Shown here: positions 9,184-18,411 of the stretch, in pieces | Layout: every line of letters starts with the position of its first letter | How positions within the stretch are numbered: position 1 is the stretch's first letter | Assembly (NCBI GenBank): GCA_041577335.1 | Contig: JBFGJH010000003.1 | Coordinates: 1-64,000, forward strand | DNA: 64,000 nt | Reading direction: 5' to 3' | DNA from: Acidimicrobiia bacterium | GTDB taxonomy: Bacteria > Actinomycetota > Acidimicrobiia > Spongiisociales > JAENVV01 | Notes under the pieces: model-generated | Database searches by the model: none | What the model was told of the DNA's origin: nothing | The model's input: only the letters and a program-made list of their open reading frames with translations | Made by a program: the position numbers and the translations under genes

Positions 9184-10418
9184 CCAGGAACTCTATCGAA
9201 TTGGTGCAGGACCGATTCCGCCGCTGCGTAGCCTGCCATGATCCCGTCCTCATGGAATCCGTATCGGAAATATGCCCCGGCATACCACACGCGGTCGTCG
9301 CCCTGAAGGGAAGCCAGCTCGGGCTGGGCGTCGATGGCGGCAGTGTCGAACATCGGGTGGTCGTAGATCCAAGATCCCCAGATTCGGCGCGGCTCGCGAA
9401 CCGGGTTGAGCGTGAGAAACAGCTGCTCGGGTGTGTCCAGGTTCTGGAGGCGGTTCATCCAGTAGGTGACAGACGGGAGCGATGATCGGTCGGTGGCCGT
9501 GACGTTCCAACTGGCCCACGCTCGGCGCTTGCTGGGCATGAAGCTGGGGTCGGAGTGCAGCACGGCGTGGTTCTTCGAGTAGGCGAAGTTCGACAGCAGA
9601 TCCCGCTCGCGCGGAGTTGCCGAACCATTGAGGATCTTGAGTGACACGTCAGCGTGCGTAGCCAGCAGCACGCCGTCAAAACGCTCGATGGAATCCGGAA
9701 ACACCACGTCCACGCCGGTGGCAGTACGCCGAATCTCCTGGACGGGGGTGTTGGTGTGGATTCGATCTGCAAACGGTGCGACCAGCTTTTCGACGTAATT
9801 CCGGGCGCCTCCTGTCACCGTTCTCCATTGGGGACGGTCCTTCAGCTGGATGAGGCCATGATTGTTGAAGAACCGGATGAGGGTTTGAGCCGGGTAGTTC
9901 TCCATGTCGGCTTCGGGCGTCGACCAGATGGCCGCACACATGGGCAGAAGGTAGCGGTCGCGGAAAGCGGGGCTCAGATCTCGGGTGAAGTCCCCGAGCG
10001 TGGTCGAGCTGGGGAGATTGTCTCCCGCGGCCTCACGTACCCGGCGGTTGAAGGTGATGATGTCTTTGATCATCAGCCAGTGCTGGGGGTCGAGCGCCGC
10101 CTTTCGGTCGGCGAACATGCCCCGTACCGAGCCTTCGTACTCCCGAGGCTCCCCGGCGACAGCAAATGACATGTCTGACGGCTCGGTCGCCACACCCAGG
10201 TCGTGGAAGAGCTCGGTGAGAAGTGGGTACGTCGCATTGTTGTAGACGATGAAACCGGTATCGACGGCGGTGGAGCCGGACTCCAACGGGACATCGACGG
10301 TGTGGGTATGGCCGCCGATCCACTCGGCGGCTTCGAAGACTTCCAGGTCGACGTGCTGATGAAGTTTGTGAGCAGCGCCGAGACCAGCGATCCCGGAGCC
10401 AACGATCGCGAAACGCAT
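9180..10418 (-). CDS. FAD-dependent oxidoreductase/desaturase (UfaD-like)
   Basis: GSGIAG Rossmann, GGHTHT, VDTGFIVYN, RRAWASWN, GAYFRYGFHEDG; SD AGGAGG. Confidence 0.9.
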   Translation of the reverse strand: MRFAIVGSGIAGLGAAHKLHQHVDLEVFEAAEWIGGHTHTVDVPLESGSTAVDTGFIVYNNATYPLLTELFHDLGVATEPSDMSFAVAGEPREYEGSVRGMFADRKAALDPQHWLMIKDIITFNRRVREAAGDNLPSSTTLGDFTRDLSPAFRDRYLLPMCAAIWSTPEADMENYPAQTLIRFFNNHGLIQLKDRPQWRTVTGGARNYVEKLVAPFADRIHTNTPVQEIRRTATGVDVVFPDSIERFDGVLLATHADVSLKILNGSATPRERDLLSNFAYSKNHAVLHSDPSFMPSKRRAWASWNVTATDRSSLPSVTYWMNRLQNLDTPEQLFLTLNPVREPRRIWGSWIYDHPMFDTAAIDAQPELASLQGDDRVWYAGAYFRYGFHEDGIMAGYAAAESVLHQFDRVPG

Positions 10419-10441
10419 GATGTTTGTCCTCCTACCGGTTC

Positions 10442-10468
10442 TACGGAACTGCGGGAGGATCAGGATGA
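10442..10468 (-). promoter_or_regulatory. Candidate ECF (SigK/RpoE-like) promoter TCATCC-N16-CCGTA
   Basis: Minus strand catcatcctgatcctcccgcagttccgtagaaccggtaggagg, directly upstream of the SD of the UfaD-like gene. Confidence 0.5.
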
Positions 10469-10534
10469 TGGCGGCCAATCAGGGCTCGCTTGGCCAGAAC
10501 CAGAAACGCAGGGAATGCGGGTGCGATGGCGGTC

Positions 10535-11542
10535 TCAGAAACGGATCAGAGCAGATCCCCATGTGAAGCCGCTCCCAAAGGCGGAAGCGGCGATGAGCAT
10601 GCCGGGTTGGAGCCGGCCCGATCGAACTGCCGAGTCGATGCAGATCGGGATCGTTGCGGCCGTGGTATTGGCGGTGCGCTGGATCGTATTGATGACCTTG
10701 TCCGGAGAAATCCCCATACGCTTGGCGACGGCCTCGTTGATGCGGAGGTTGGCCTGGTGGAAGAAGAACAGGTCCACATCTTCCAGGTTCATACCATTGG
10801 CCTTGAGAGCCTCGTCGATCGATTCGGGCATCCGCTTGACGGCATTCAGAAACACCCGTTTGCCGTCCATGAACGGGAAGTGCCGGCCGGCTTCGATGTC
10901 CTCGATTCGAATCCGATGTCCGGGAGAGGCCTGCGACGGATATTCCGCCCAGAGGACTTTGGCAGCGCTGCCATCGGCGTGGATGTGGGTTGAGAAGACC
11001 TGCGGGTCGGCGTGTGTCGGGCTGGACGTGGCTTCGAGAACCACCGCCCCTGCTCCGTCACCGAAGAGGACAGCAATGTCTTTGCCCCGCGGTGACAAGT
11101 CGATCCCTTTGGAGTGGATCTCGGCGCCGACCACGAGGATGCGCTCTGCTTGTCCGAGCCGGATGTAAGCGTCTGCCTGGTGGAGGGCGTAGATGAAGCC
11201 AGAGCACTGCTGGCGTACATCGATCGCCGGGATGCCGGGCACGTCGAGCTTTGCTTGAAGAAAGCAAGCCGTGCCCGGGAAGTCGTGATCGGGAGAGATG
11301 GTTGCAAACACGATCATGTCCAGGGCGGTCGCGTCAATGCCGGCCGCAGTCAGTGCTCTCGTGGAAGCCTCGTATCCGAGGTCCGACGTCGTGGTAGTGC
11401 CTTCCACCCAGTGGCGCTGTTCGATTCCGGAACGCTCAACGATCCAGTCGGGCGCGACGTCGACGAGAGGGGCGATTTCGGCGTTCGTGACCACTCGGGG
11501 CGGCAGAAACGAGCCGGTACCGGTGATGCGTGAACGCGGCAT
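10535..11542 (-). CDS. fabH: 3-oxoacyl-ACP synthase III
   Basis: Cys-His-Asn triad: QQCSGF, FHQAN, ANTTAATIP; LFGDGAGA, FGSGFTWG. Confidence 0.9.
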   Translation of the reverse strand: MPRSRITGTGSFLPPRVVTNAEIAPLVDVAPDWIVERSGIEQRHWVEGTTTTSDLGYEASTRALTAAGIDATALDMIVFATISPDHDFPGTACFLQAKLDVPGIPAIDVRQQCSGFIYALHQADAYIRLGQAERILVVGAEIHSKGIDLSPRGKDIAVLFGDGAGAVVLEATSSPTHADPQVFSTHIHADGSAAKVLWAEYPSQASPGHRIRIEDIEAGRHFPFMDGKRVFLNAVKRMPESIDEALKANGMNLEDVDLFFFHQANLRINEAVAKRMGISPDKVINTIQRTANTTAATIPICIDSAVRSGRLQPGMLIAASAFGSGFTWGSALIRF

Positions 11543-11610
11543 ATGAGAAAGATATCGCTGTTGGCGGCGTTGTGAGAATCCGGTCTCTTCCAGTGGGGAG
11601 GCCAACGCCC

Positions 11611-12195
11611 CTACGTGGGATCCTTGAAGGGAGCTCGGTCGGGGCCAAATCTCATCAAAGGCATGGCGAGGATGGCTCCGGCGAGGTTGGCGACGAGATC
11701 CGCCATGTTGTTGCCGTAGTCGCCCACGTTGGCGTTTTCGACCACCAGCGTTCCCACGAATTCGACGATTTCTACGAGCGCGCCGAGCCCGCACGCCACG
11801 AGCACCGCCAGGATCCGAGCTGTGGTGAGATTCGTGGCGCGGTCGAGGCGTGGCGCCACCACGTCGAACACCGCCAATGCGGCCAGGCCGGTAGCAACGA
11901 GATGGGCGGGCTTGTCGAAGCGGAAATCCCCCCACAGCGCCAGCACATAGAGCGGCTGACCCTCGACGAGCAGGACTCCTCCTACCAAGTTGATGATGGC
12001 TGCGGCCACGAGTGCCCATGCCGCTCGCCTCGACAGGGGCGTGAAGGCGTGGATGACGCCGACCAGGGCCGCCAGGACGATGGTGATGGTCACATATATC
12101 CAGGTGAACGGGCTGTCGGCAGTTACCCCGTAGACCGCGGTGAGCAGTGTTGCCGCTGTCAGAACGGCGACCGGTCTCCCGACGCCGACCATCAC
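11611..12195 (-). CDS. Integral membrane protein, DUF2238/YjdF-like
   Basis: Several TM segments; FDKPAH, LVEIVEF, NNMADLVANLAGA pattern. Confidence 0.65.
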   Translation of the reverse strand: MMVGVGRPVAVLTAATLLTAVYGVTADSPFTWIYVTITIVLAALVGVIHAFTPLSRRAAWALVAAAIINLVGGVLLVEGQPLYVLALWGDFRFDKPAHLVATGLAALAVFDVVAPRLDRATNLTTARILAVLVACGLGALVEIVEFVGTLVVENANVGDYGNNMADLVANLAGAILAMPLMRFGPDRAPFKDPT

Positions 12196-12246
12196 GATGT
12201 TGTCCCCGGCTGCACGAGCTCAGTCTACGTTCTAGGGTCGAGCGCC

Positions 12247-13071
12247 ATGATGACGATCGAGAGCGCTGCGACGCTCAACAACGGTGTAGCGATGCCATGG
12301 CTCGGGCTGGGCGTGTTCAAGGCGGAGCCAGGCGCGGAGGTGGAACAGGCTGTTTCCTGGGCTCTGGAGGCCGGCTACCGGCACATCGACACGGCGACTG
12401 TCTACCGAAACGAAGAGAGTGTCGGCCGGGCGGTGGCCGAGTCGGGCCTCAGTCGTGACGAGGTCTTTGTGACCACCAAGCTCTGGAACGACGAGCAAGA
12501 TGATCCTTCAACGGCGATAGATCGGAGCCTGCGGCGGCTGGGCTTCGAATACGTCGATCTGTACTTGGTGCACTGGCCCATCACTTCTCGGATCGAACAG
12601 ACCTGGGGGGCGATGGAAGGCATCCTCGAGAGTGGCCGGACACGTGCGGTTGGGGTGTCCAACTTCCTCATTCCCCACCTCGATCGCCTCCTCGCCGGCG
12701 CCGGCGTTGTTCCTGCGGTCAACCAGGTCGAATTTCATCCGCGCCTTCAGCAGCCGGAACTGCACCGCCATTGCGAGTCGCACGGCATCATCGTGGAGGC
12801 CTGGTCACCGATCATGCGCGGGGCAGTCAACGGCATCCCCGAGCTCGTCGCCATCGGCGAACACCACGGGAAATCAGCCGTCCAGGTGACGCTGAGATGG
12901 ATGCTGCAATATGGAGTCATCACTATTCCCAAGTCGGTGGGGCGGGAGCGGATTCGTGCCAACGCCGACCTGTACGACTTCGAGCTTTCGGCGGCGGAAA
13001 TCCTCGCCATCGAGGCGTTGGACCGGGGAGAGCGCCTCGGCCCCGACCCGATGACCTTCGCAGTGGGATAG
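12247..13071 (+). CDS. Aldo/keto reductase (DkgA/YvgN-like)
   Basis: LNNGVAMPWLGLGVF, GYRHIDTA, FVTTKLWN, DLYLVHWP, GVSNF, IPKS. Confidence 0.93.
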   Translation: MMTIESAATLNNGVAMPWLGLGVFKAEPGAEVEQAVSWALEAGYRHIDTATVYRNEESVGRAVAESGLSRDEVFVTTKLWNDEQDDPSTAIDRSLRRLGFEYVDLYLVHWPITSRIEQTWGAMEGILESGRTRAVGVSNFLIPHLDRLLAGAGVVPAVNQVEFHPRLQQPELHRHCESHGIIVEAWSPIMRGAVNGIPELVAIGEHHGKSAVQVTLRWMLQYGVITIPKSVGRERIRANADLYDFELSAAEILAIEALDRGERLGPDPMTFAVG

Positions 13072-13127
13072 AGGGCCCGACTGGTCCTGGCGCCGGAGGT
13101 TGGCGGCGGATGCCGTAGGCTCGCCCC

Positions 13128-13793
13128 ATGGAACTCTACGAAGCCCTCTACACAACCCGCGCCATGCGGCGCACCGCTCCCGATCCGGTCCCTGAGGAAA
13201 CGGTGAAGATCATGTTGGATGCGGCCGTGCGTGCCCCGTCTGGCGGCAACTCGCAGAATTGGCGATTCCTCACCGTGACAGATCCCGAGGTTCGGGCGGA
13301 GCTCGGCGTTGTCTACCGCGCTGCGTTCAAGATCCTCGGAGAGACGATCTACGAGGGCGCCCGGGAGCGAGCCGAAGCGGAGAATGACCAACAAGCCTTG
13401 GCGGTGATGAAATCGTCGCAGTGGCTAGCCGACAACTTCGAGCAGGTCCCGCTGTGGATCATGGCGTTTCACCGCAACGACCCCAGTGGTTCGTCGATCT
13501 ACCCGGCGATCTGGAACATGATGTTGGCCGGCCGAGGCCAGGGAATCGGCACCTGCATGACCACGATCCTCGGCTTCCTGAAGCCGGCGGAAACGTTCGA
13601 GGTGCTTGGCGTGCCCGCAAGCAAGGGATGGCAGATGGCGGCCTCGGTGTCGGCGGGTTTTCCGACCGGACGCTGGGGTTTGGCAAAACGTGCCCCGGTC
13701 GAGAACGTCGTTTATGCCGAGAGGTGGGGCGAGCCCGTCGCGTGGGCCATGCCGTCGCCGTTCTGGGACGAGCCCGCCGGTTACGGCAAATAG
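13128..13793 (+). CDS. Nitroreductase family protein
   Basis: TTRAMRR, APSGGNSQNWRF, SIYPAIWNMMLA; TAGGCT 6 nt before ATG. Confidence 0.88.
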   Translation: MELYEALYTTRAMRRTAPDPVPEETVKIMLDAAVRAPSGGNSQNWRFLTVTDPEVRAELGVVYRAAFKILGETIYEGARERAEAENDQQALAVMKSSQWLADNFEQVPLWIMAFHRNDPSGSSIYPAIWNMMLAGRGQGIGTCMTTILGFLKPAETFEVLGVPASKGWQMAASVSAGFPTGRWGLAKRAPVENVVYAERWGEPVAWAMPSPFWDEPAGYGK

Positions 13794-13830
13794 CACCGCT
13801 GTTCGTTTGGTGCGACGACGTGGCCGCCGT

Positions 13831-14253
13831 CTATGGCGCGTCCCTGTCCGCGGCCGCCAGCTTGGCACGAGCGTCGCGCAGCTGCGCCACGAGTTTGTCT
13901 CTACCTGCATTCCGGTCGATGGCGTTGTTGATGTCCATGGCGTCTTTGGTGAACCCGAAGTCACCGCCAGGGCTTCCGCCGGCGCTGGCTGCCACATTGA
14001 TCTTCTGGGCGTCGATGGTGGCGATTATCCGCTCGAGCTGAGCGATGTCTCGCTCCAGCGCGGCCTTGGTGGACGGCAATGATTCAGTCGCTAGACGGGC
14101 GCGTTCTTTGAGTTCGGCCAACCGGGCCTGAAGGTCGAGGCGTCGGTGGACGGCGGTGCGGGGAAGCTCGTAGAGGATCCTGCTCAGGTCGCTGATCTCC
14201 CGGAAGAGCCATTGGAAGTCTTCGGCTGGTACTGGCTCGGGGCCGTCACCCAC
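13831..14253 (-). CDS. Hypothetical coiled-coil protein
   Basis: Fills gap, co-oriented with the ferredoxin, helical heptad-like composition. Confidence 0.6.
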   Translation of the reverse strand: MGDGPEPVPAEDFQWLFREISDLSRILYELPRTAVHRRLDLQARLAELKERARLATESLPSTKAALERDIAQLERIIATIDAQKINVAASAGGSPGGDFGFTKDAMDINNAIDRNAGRDKLVAQLRDARAKLAAADRDAP

Positions 14254-14257
14254 GGTG

Positions 14258-14581
14258 TCAGGTGCCCCGATCCGCCATCAATGCGGCGCTGTAAGGCTCG
14301 ATCATGATGCATTCGCCGGGACATTCCTCCGCCGATTCGATGACATCTTCGATGAGCTCGTCGGGCACACGGGCTACACCGCGCGAGCCCTCAGGTCCGT
14401 GGCCCGGCCCTTCGCCGTCGTCGAACACCGTTGTCGTGCCGAAGTACTTCGCTTCTTCTTTGACGACCCACAACCCGTCGTCGCGACCCACGAAGACGTC
14501 CGGCGCGATCTCTTCGCAGATGCCGTCACCCGTGCACAGGTCTTGGTCGATCCAAACGATCAACTTCGTTGTATCTGCCAC
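14258..14581 (-). CDS. Single-cluster ferredoxin
   Basis: VWIDQDLCTGDGICEEIAPDVF ... AEECPGECI; SD GGAGG. Confidence 0.9.
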   Translation of the reverse strand: MADTTKLIVWIDQDLCTGDGICEEIAPDVFVGRDDGLWVVKEEAKYFGTTTVFDDGEGPGHGPEGSRGVARVPDELIEDVIESAEECPGECIMIEPYSAALMADRGT

Positions 14582-14584
14582 CGA

Positions 14585-14890
14585 TCAGCCCTCCGCCCGA
14601 AGCGAGGCAAGGTGCTCGATGCGTTCGGAGAATCGGGAGGAGCGATGCAGGGTGTGGCCAATCTCCTCATGGCTCATTCCTCGGGCCCTCATGTCGGCCA
14701 CTCGCGCTTCGAGAGCCGCTGCATAGCGCCGGGGAGCCGGGCGTACCCTGGGGATCTCGACCCAGCGAAGCATCCTGGCGACGTGGGTGGGACTCTTGTT
14801 GAGGCGATCGGCGATTTGGCTGGTGGTGAGCCCATCAGCCTTCATCGCCACCATCCGCTTCTCGACAGGTCGCAAGTACTCGGGGGTCAT
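14585..14890 (-). CDS. Small tandem helix-turn-helix protein
   Basis: Two similar units (GLTTSQIADRLNKSPTHV; GMSHEEIGHTLHRSSRF); SD AGGAGGAG. Confidence 0.7.
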   Translation of the reverse strand: MTPEYLRPVEKRMVAMKADGLTTSQIADRLNKSPTHVARMLRWVEIPRVRPAPRRYAAALEARVADMRARGMSHEEIGHTLHRSSRFSERIEHLASLRAEG

Positions 14891-14939
14891 GGCTCCTCCT
14901 TGGTTGGCTTCCAACCCTAATCCAGCCATCGGCGCAATC

Positions 14940-17285
14940 TCACCGTATGTCCCGATCGCCGACAGCAGCGAGCGAACTTGCCAGCGCCTCGATGAATCGG
15001 TCGACGTGCCGCCGCTCGGCGATCAGTGGTGGCCGCAGCTTGAGCACGTTGCCCCGGCGGCCCGCCACGCCGACCAAGACGCCGTTGCTCTTCATGAGCT
15101 CGATGAGCTGTTGTGTCTGACCCGTTGCCGGGGTGCGCAGCTCCCTGTCGGTGACGAGCTCGACCCCGGCGATCATGCCCCAGCCGCGCACATCGCCGAT
15201 CAACGGGTGATCTGCCTGCAGGCGTGCCAGCTCTTTCCGGAGGTAGGCGCCTGTGTCGTTGGCTTTGGTGACGAGTTGCTCGCGTTCGATGACGTCGATG
15301 ACCGCCATGCCTGCTGCGGCGGCCACCGGGTTGCCACCGAACGTGCTGAACAAGCGTGTGCGGCTCAGGAAGGCGTCGAGTAGCTCGGCGCTCGTCACGA
15401 CGACACCGAGGGGGTGCCCGTTGCCGATGGGCTTGCCCATCGTCACGATGTCTGGCGCCACCTCGTGGAGTTCGTGACCCCACCATCTTCCAGTGCGGCC
15501 CAGCCCGGACTGAACCTCGTCGACAATGAATAATCCGCCTGCGGCACCGACCCGGCGGTGGACCTCGGCGAGATAGCCAGGCGGTATGGAGGGCATCCCG
15601 GTGGAGCACATCGCTGGATCCACCACGAAAGCGGAAACCTCCTGACCATGGTCAGCGAGGGATGTCAGAGCGCGTTCGGTGTCGTCGGCATACCTTCCTG
15701 CCAGCTCCGGTTCGCCCGTCCGATATCGCCCCCGATACGGGTCGGGCACCATCAGCTCGGCGACTCGAGAGCTCGCCACGATGTCGGGATCGGCGGTTGA
15801 AACCTCACGGGTGGCAACGGTCACACCGTGATAGGCCCCGTCCATCACGATCACCCCGCTCCGCCCCGTGGCAAAACGTGCCATCTGGAGTGCGACGTCG
15901 TTCGCCTCACTTCCCGAGTTGACGAAAAGGCAAGTATCGAGGCCGGGTCCGAGCAGGTGGGTCAGTCGTTCGGCATAGTCGACGATCCCCTCATAGAGAT
16001 ACCGGCTGTTCGTGTTGAGGGCGGAGGCCTGGCGACTGATGGCGTTGACGACGTGCGGATGATTGTGCCCCACCTGGGGCACGTTGTTGTAGAAGTCGAG
16101 ATAGGCGGTGCCGTCAGGTGCGTACAACCAGACACCGTCTCCTCGCTCGATGTGAAGGGGTTGGTCATAGAAATGAGGTGCGTTCGGGCCGAGACTTGCC
16201 CTTCGGCGTTTGGCGAGGTCGGACGAGGAGGGTGCCGGCCAGGTCGGCGCGAAACGTCCGACCTTTCGTAGCCGCCGGTCGACCGTGCTCCGATCGAGCC
16301 TCAGCAACTCATCGAGCAACCCGGCGTAGCGGTCGATCCCTTCCGCAGCCGGCGACCGGTCGGGCGAAGTTGCCTGCCGGGCCGCCTCGATAGTGAGCGT
16401 TGCGGCTACGCGCGCCAACACCAGGTCGAATAGGACAGCCACCTCGGACTCCTCGAGTGGGTACGTCGCGTCGAAGCCGGCCATGATTTCGCAGAGCGCC
16501 CCGACTGGATCGCCGTTGGACCACGCCGGGTCGGCGGCGATGGCGATTTCCGACGGCAGCGGCCCCCACACCATGTCGCCGAAATCGATGAGCCCAGACA
16601 CCGTGCCATTGTCCACCAGCACGTTTCCGCCGTGGGCATCTTGGTGGATGACCTGATGGCGGAGTGAGCCGATGCCGGGCAGCACGTTCCCGGAGAACTG
16701 CTCGAGCACATCCTCGACAGCGGTGCGGACGGTCGAGTCAGCGATGTGCTTTGTATGGTCGATGAGCTGCGGGCTCCTCATGATGTCCCACGGGTGCTCA
16801 TTGGTGGCTGCTTCGTGGAAGAAGCCCCGCATCGCCAGACCGAACCTCGCCAGCGTTTTTCCCAACTGAGCTCTTAGTTGCGCCTTTTCCTCAGTTGGCG
16901 CTTCTCGAAGGGGTGTCCCGGGCCGGTAGGTCACGAGGCGCAGGAGGTGTTGGGCGCCCTCGTGGCCGAAAGAGTCGACCAACTCACCTTCGATTGTCCG
17001 GACGACACGCGGAACCGGGAGGTCCGGCGCGTACCTCTCGATATGAAGCAACGCTTTCACCTGGAAATCGGCAACGCGGGGGTGTTCGGCGACGTTGGAG
17101 ACTCTCACGACATAACGTCCTGAATCGGCATCGAGCATGAGCACCTGGTCTCGCTCGCCTTCGAGCGAGTGCCAATCTCCCTCGAGCCCGAACCGGGAGG
17201 CAACTCGTTCGGCGATCTTCTTGGTCGGGATCTCCGGGAGGTCCCGATCGAGGAACTTGATCGTCCCGACATTGCCGTCACTCAT
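14940..17285 (-). CDS. Fused APH-family phosphotransferase plus class III aminotransferase (phospho-lyase-like)
   Basis: LEGERD, HQDAHGGNVLV, IDFGD kinase motifs; YLDFYNNV, DEVQSGLGRTG, VTMGKPIGNG (PLP Lys). Confidence 0.88.
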   Translation of the reverse strand: MSDGNVGTIKFLDRDLPEIPTKKIAERVASRFGLEGDWHSLEGERDQVLMLDADSGRYVVRVSNVAEHPRVADFQVKALLHIERYAPDLPVPRVVRTIEGELVDSFGHEGAQHLLRLVTYRPGTPLREAPTEEKAQLRAQLGKTLARFGLAMRGFFHEAATNEHPWDIMRSPQLIDHTKHIADSTVRTAVEDVLEQFSGNVLPGIGSLRHQVIHQDAHGGNVLVDNGTVSGLIDFGDMVWGPLPSEIAIAADPAWSNGDPVGALCEIMAGFDATYPLEESEVAVLFDLVLARVAATLTIEAARQATSPDRSPAAEGIDRYAGLLDELLRLDRSTVDRRLRKVGRFAPTWPAPSSSDLAKRRRASLGPNAPHFYDQPLHIERGDGVWLYAPDGTAYLDFYNNVPQVGHNHPHVVNAISRQASALNTNSRYLYEGIVDYAERLTHLLGPGLDTCLFVNSGSEANDVALQMARFATGRSGVIVMDGAYHGVTVATREVSTADPDIVASSRVAELMVPDPYRGRYRTGEPELAGRYADDTERALTSLADHGQEVSAFVVDPAMCSTGMPSIPPGYLAEVHRRVGAAGGLFIVDEVQSGLGRTGRWWGHELHEVAPDIVTMGKPIGNGHPLGVVVTSAELLDAFLSRTRLFSTFGGNPVAAAAGMAVIDVIEREQLVTKANDTGAYLRKELARLQADHPLIGDVRGWGMIAGVELVTDRELRTPATGQTQQLIELMKSNGVLVGVAGRRGNVLKLRPPLIAERRHVDRFIEALASSLAAVGDRDIR

Positions 17286-17330
17286 TCGCGGAGTTTGCCA
17301 GGGGCCGTGTCGGATGTCATACGGCGTTGC

Positions 17331-18335
17331 CTAAGGGAAGAGCTTGAGGCGGAAGATTCGATCATGCTCTCGGAGGGCGTAGCGGTCGGTCATGCCGGCG
17401 ACGTAGTCCATCGACTGGGTGAGAGTGTCGGCACCTTCGATGCGGTAGGTGTCAGGGATGTCGCCCGGATGGCTGAGATAGTAGTCGACGAGTTGGCGGA
17501 TCACGAAGATGGCGCGTTCCTTCTGTGCCTCGGCCTCGGGCCGCAGATAGACCCGCTCGAACATGAACTCGCGTAATACGTGCATCGCCTCGAGGACCCG
17601 CTGGTCCATGGTGACGCAGCCATTGTCGACGCTGGCGTCGATCACTGCGTGGATCATGGTGGCGATCCACCCCGAGCCAACATCCTCGCCAAATACCGTG
17701 AACGCGGTGGGAGGGACCTCGTCGCGATCCAACACGCCGGCCCGGAGGGCGTCCTGGACGTCGTACGTGAGGTAAGCGATCCGATCGGCGAATCTGCACA
17801 CGAAGCCCTCTTGAGTCGCCGGCGGCTGCTCGATCCGCCAGGAATGGGCGCGGATGCCGTCGAGCACCTCCCAGCTGAGATTGAGAGGCTCGAGCTTGGA
17901 GAGAACCCTGACGGATTGGGCCGAGTGGAGCCAGTCACCCTCGACATAGGGTGTCAAAGCTTCTTCGCCGATGTGCCCGAACGGGGTGTGCCCGACATCA
18001 TGGCCGAGGCATATAGCCTCGGTCAGAGACTCGTTGAGGCCCAGCCCCGCAGCGATAGCCCTGCCGATCTGGGTGACTTGGACCGTGTGGGTGAGCCGAG
18101 TCACATAATGGTCACCTTCGGGGTGGATGAACACCTGTGTCTTGTGCTTCAGTCGCCGAAACGCCTTGGAATGCTGGATACGGTCCCGGTCGCGTTCGAA
18201 CGCCGTTCGATACTCGTCGGGCGGCTCGGCGACAGCCCGGCCCTTCGAATTGGCAGCGAAGGTCGCCGCAGGCGACAGCCACTCTTTTTCGCGGCGTTCT
18301 CGTTCGGTGCGGATCACATGGCGCATCTCGGTCAT
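17331..18335 (-). CDS. dgt: dGTP triphosphohydrolase-like HD protein
   Basis: FERDRDRIQHSKAFRRLKHKTQV, RLTHT, HDVGHTPFGHIGE, ADRIAY, DYVAGMTDRYA. Confidence 0.9.
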   Translation of the reverse strand: MTEMRHVIRTERERREKEWLSPAATFAANSKGRAVAEPPDEYRTAFERDRDRIQHSKAFRRLKHKTQVFIHPEGDHYVTRLTHTVQVTQIGRAIAAGLGLNESLTEAICLGHDVGHTPFGHIGEEALTPYVEGDWLHSAQSVRVLSKLEPLNLSWEVLDGIRAHSWRIEQPPATQEGFVCRFADRIAYLTYDVQDALRAGVLDRDEVPPTAFTVFGEDVGSGWIATMIHAVIDASVDNGCVTMDQRVLEAMHVLREFMFERVYLRPEAEAQKERAIFVIRQLVDYYLSHPGDIPDTYRIEGADTLTQSMDYVAGMTDRYALREHDRIFRLKLFP

Positions 18336-18411
18336 TGGCACCAGTCTGGGCCGGGAGGGCGATTCGCACAAGATGGCTGTCGTCGTGCCGTCCGGGGTAT
18401 CTTCGACACCG

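Noticed and set aside
14579..14587. TGA of the HTH gene is in frame with the ferredoxin start (TGA-TCG-GTG), a possible Sec read-through fusion
   Set aside because: The ferredoxin has its own SD and the position is a linker with no redox motif
18366..18381. Possible NrdR box (GCACAAGATGGCTGT) upstream of nrdJ
   Set aside because: Only a half match and no tandem second box
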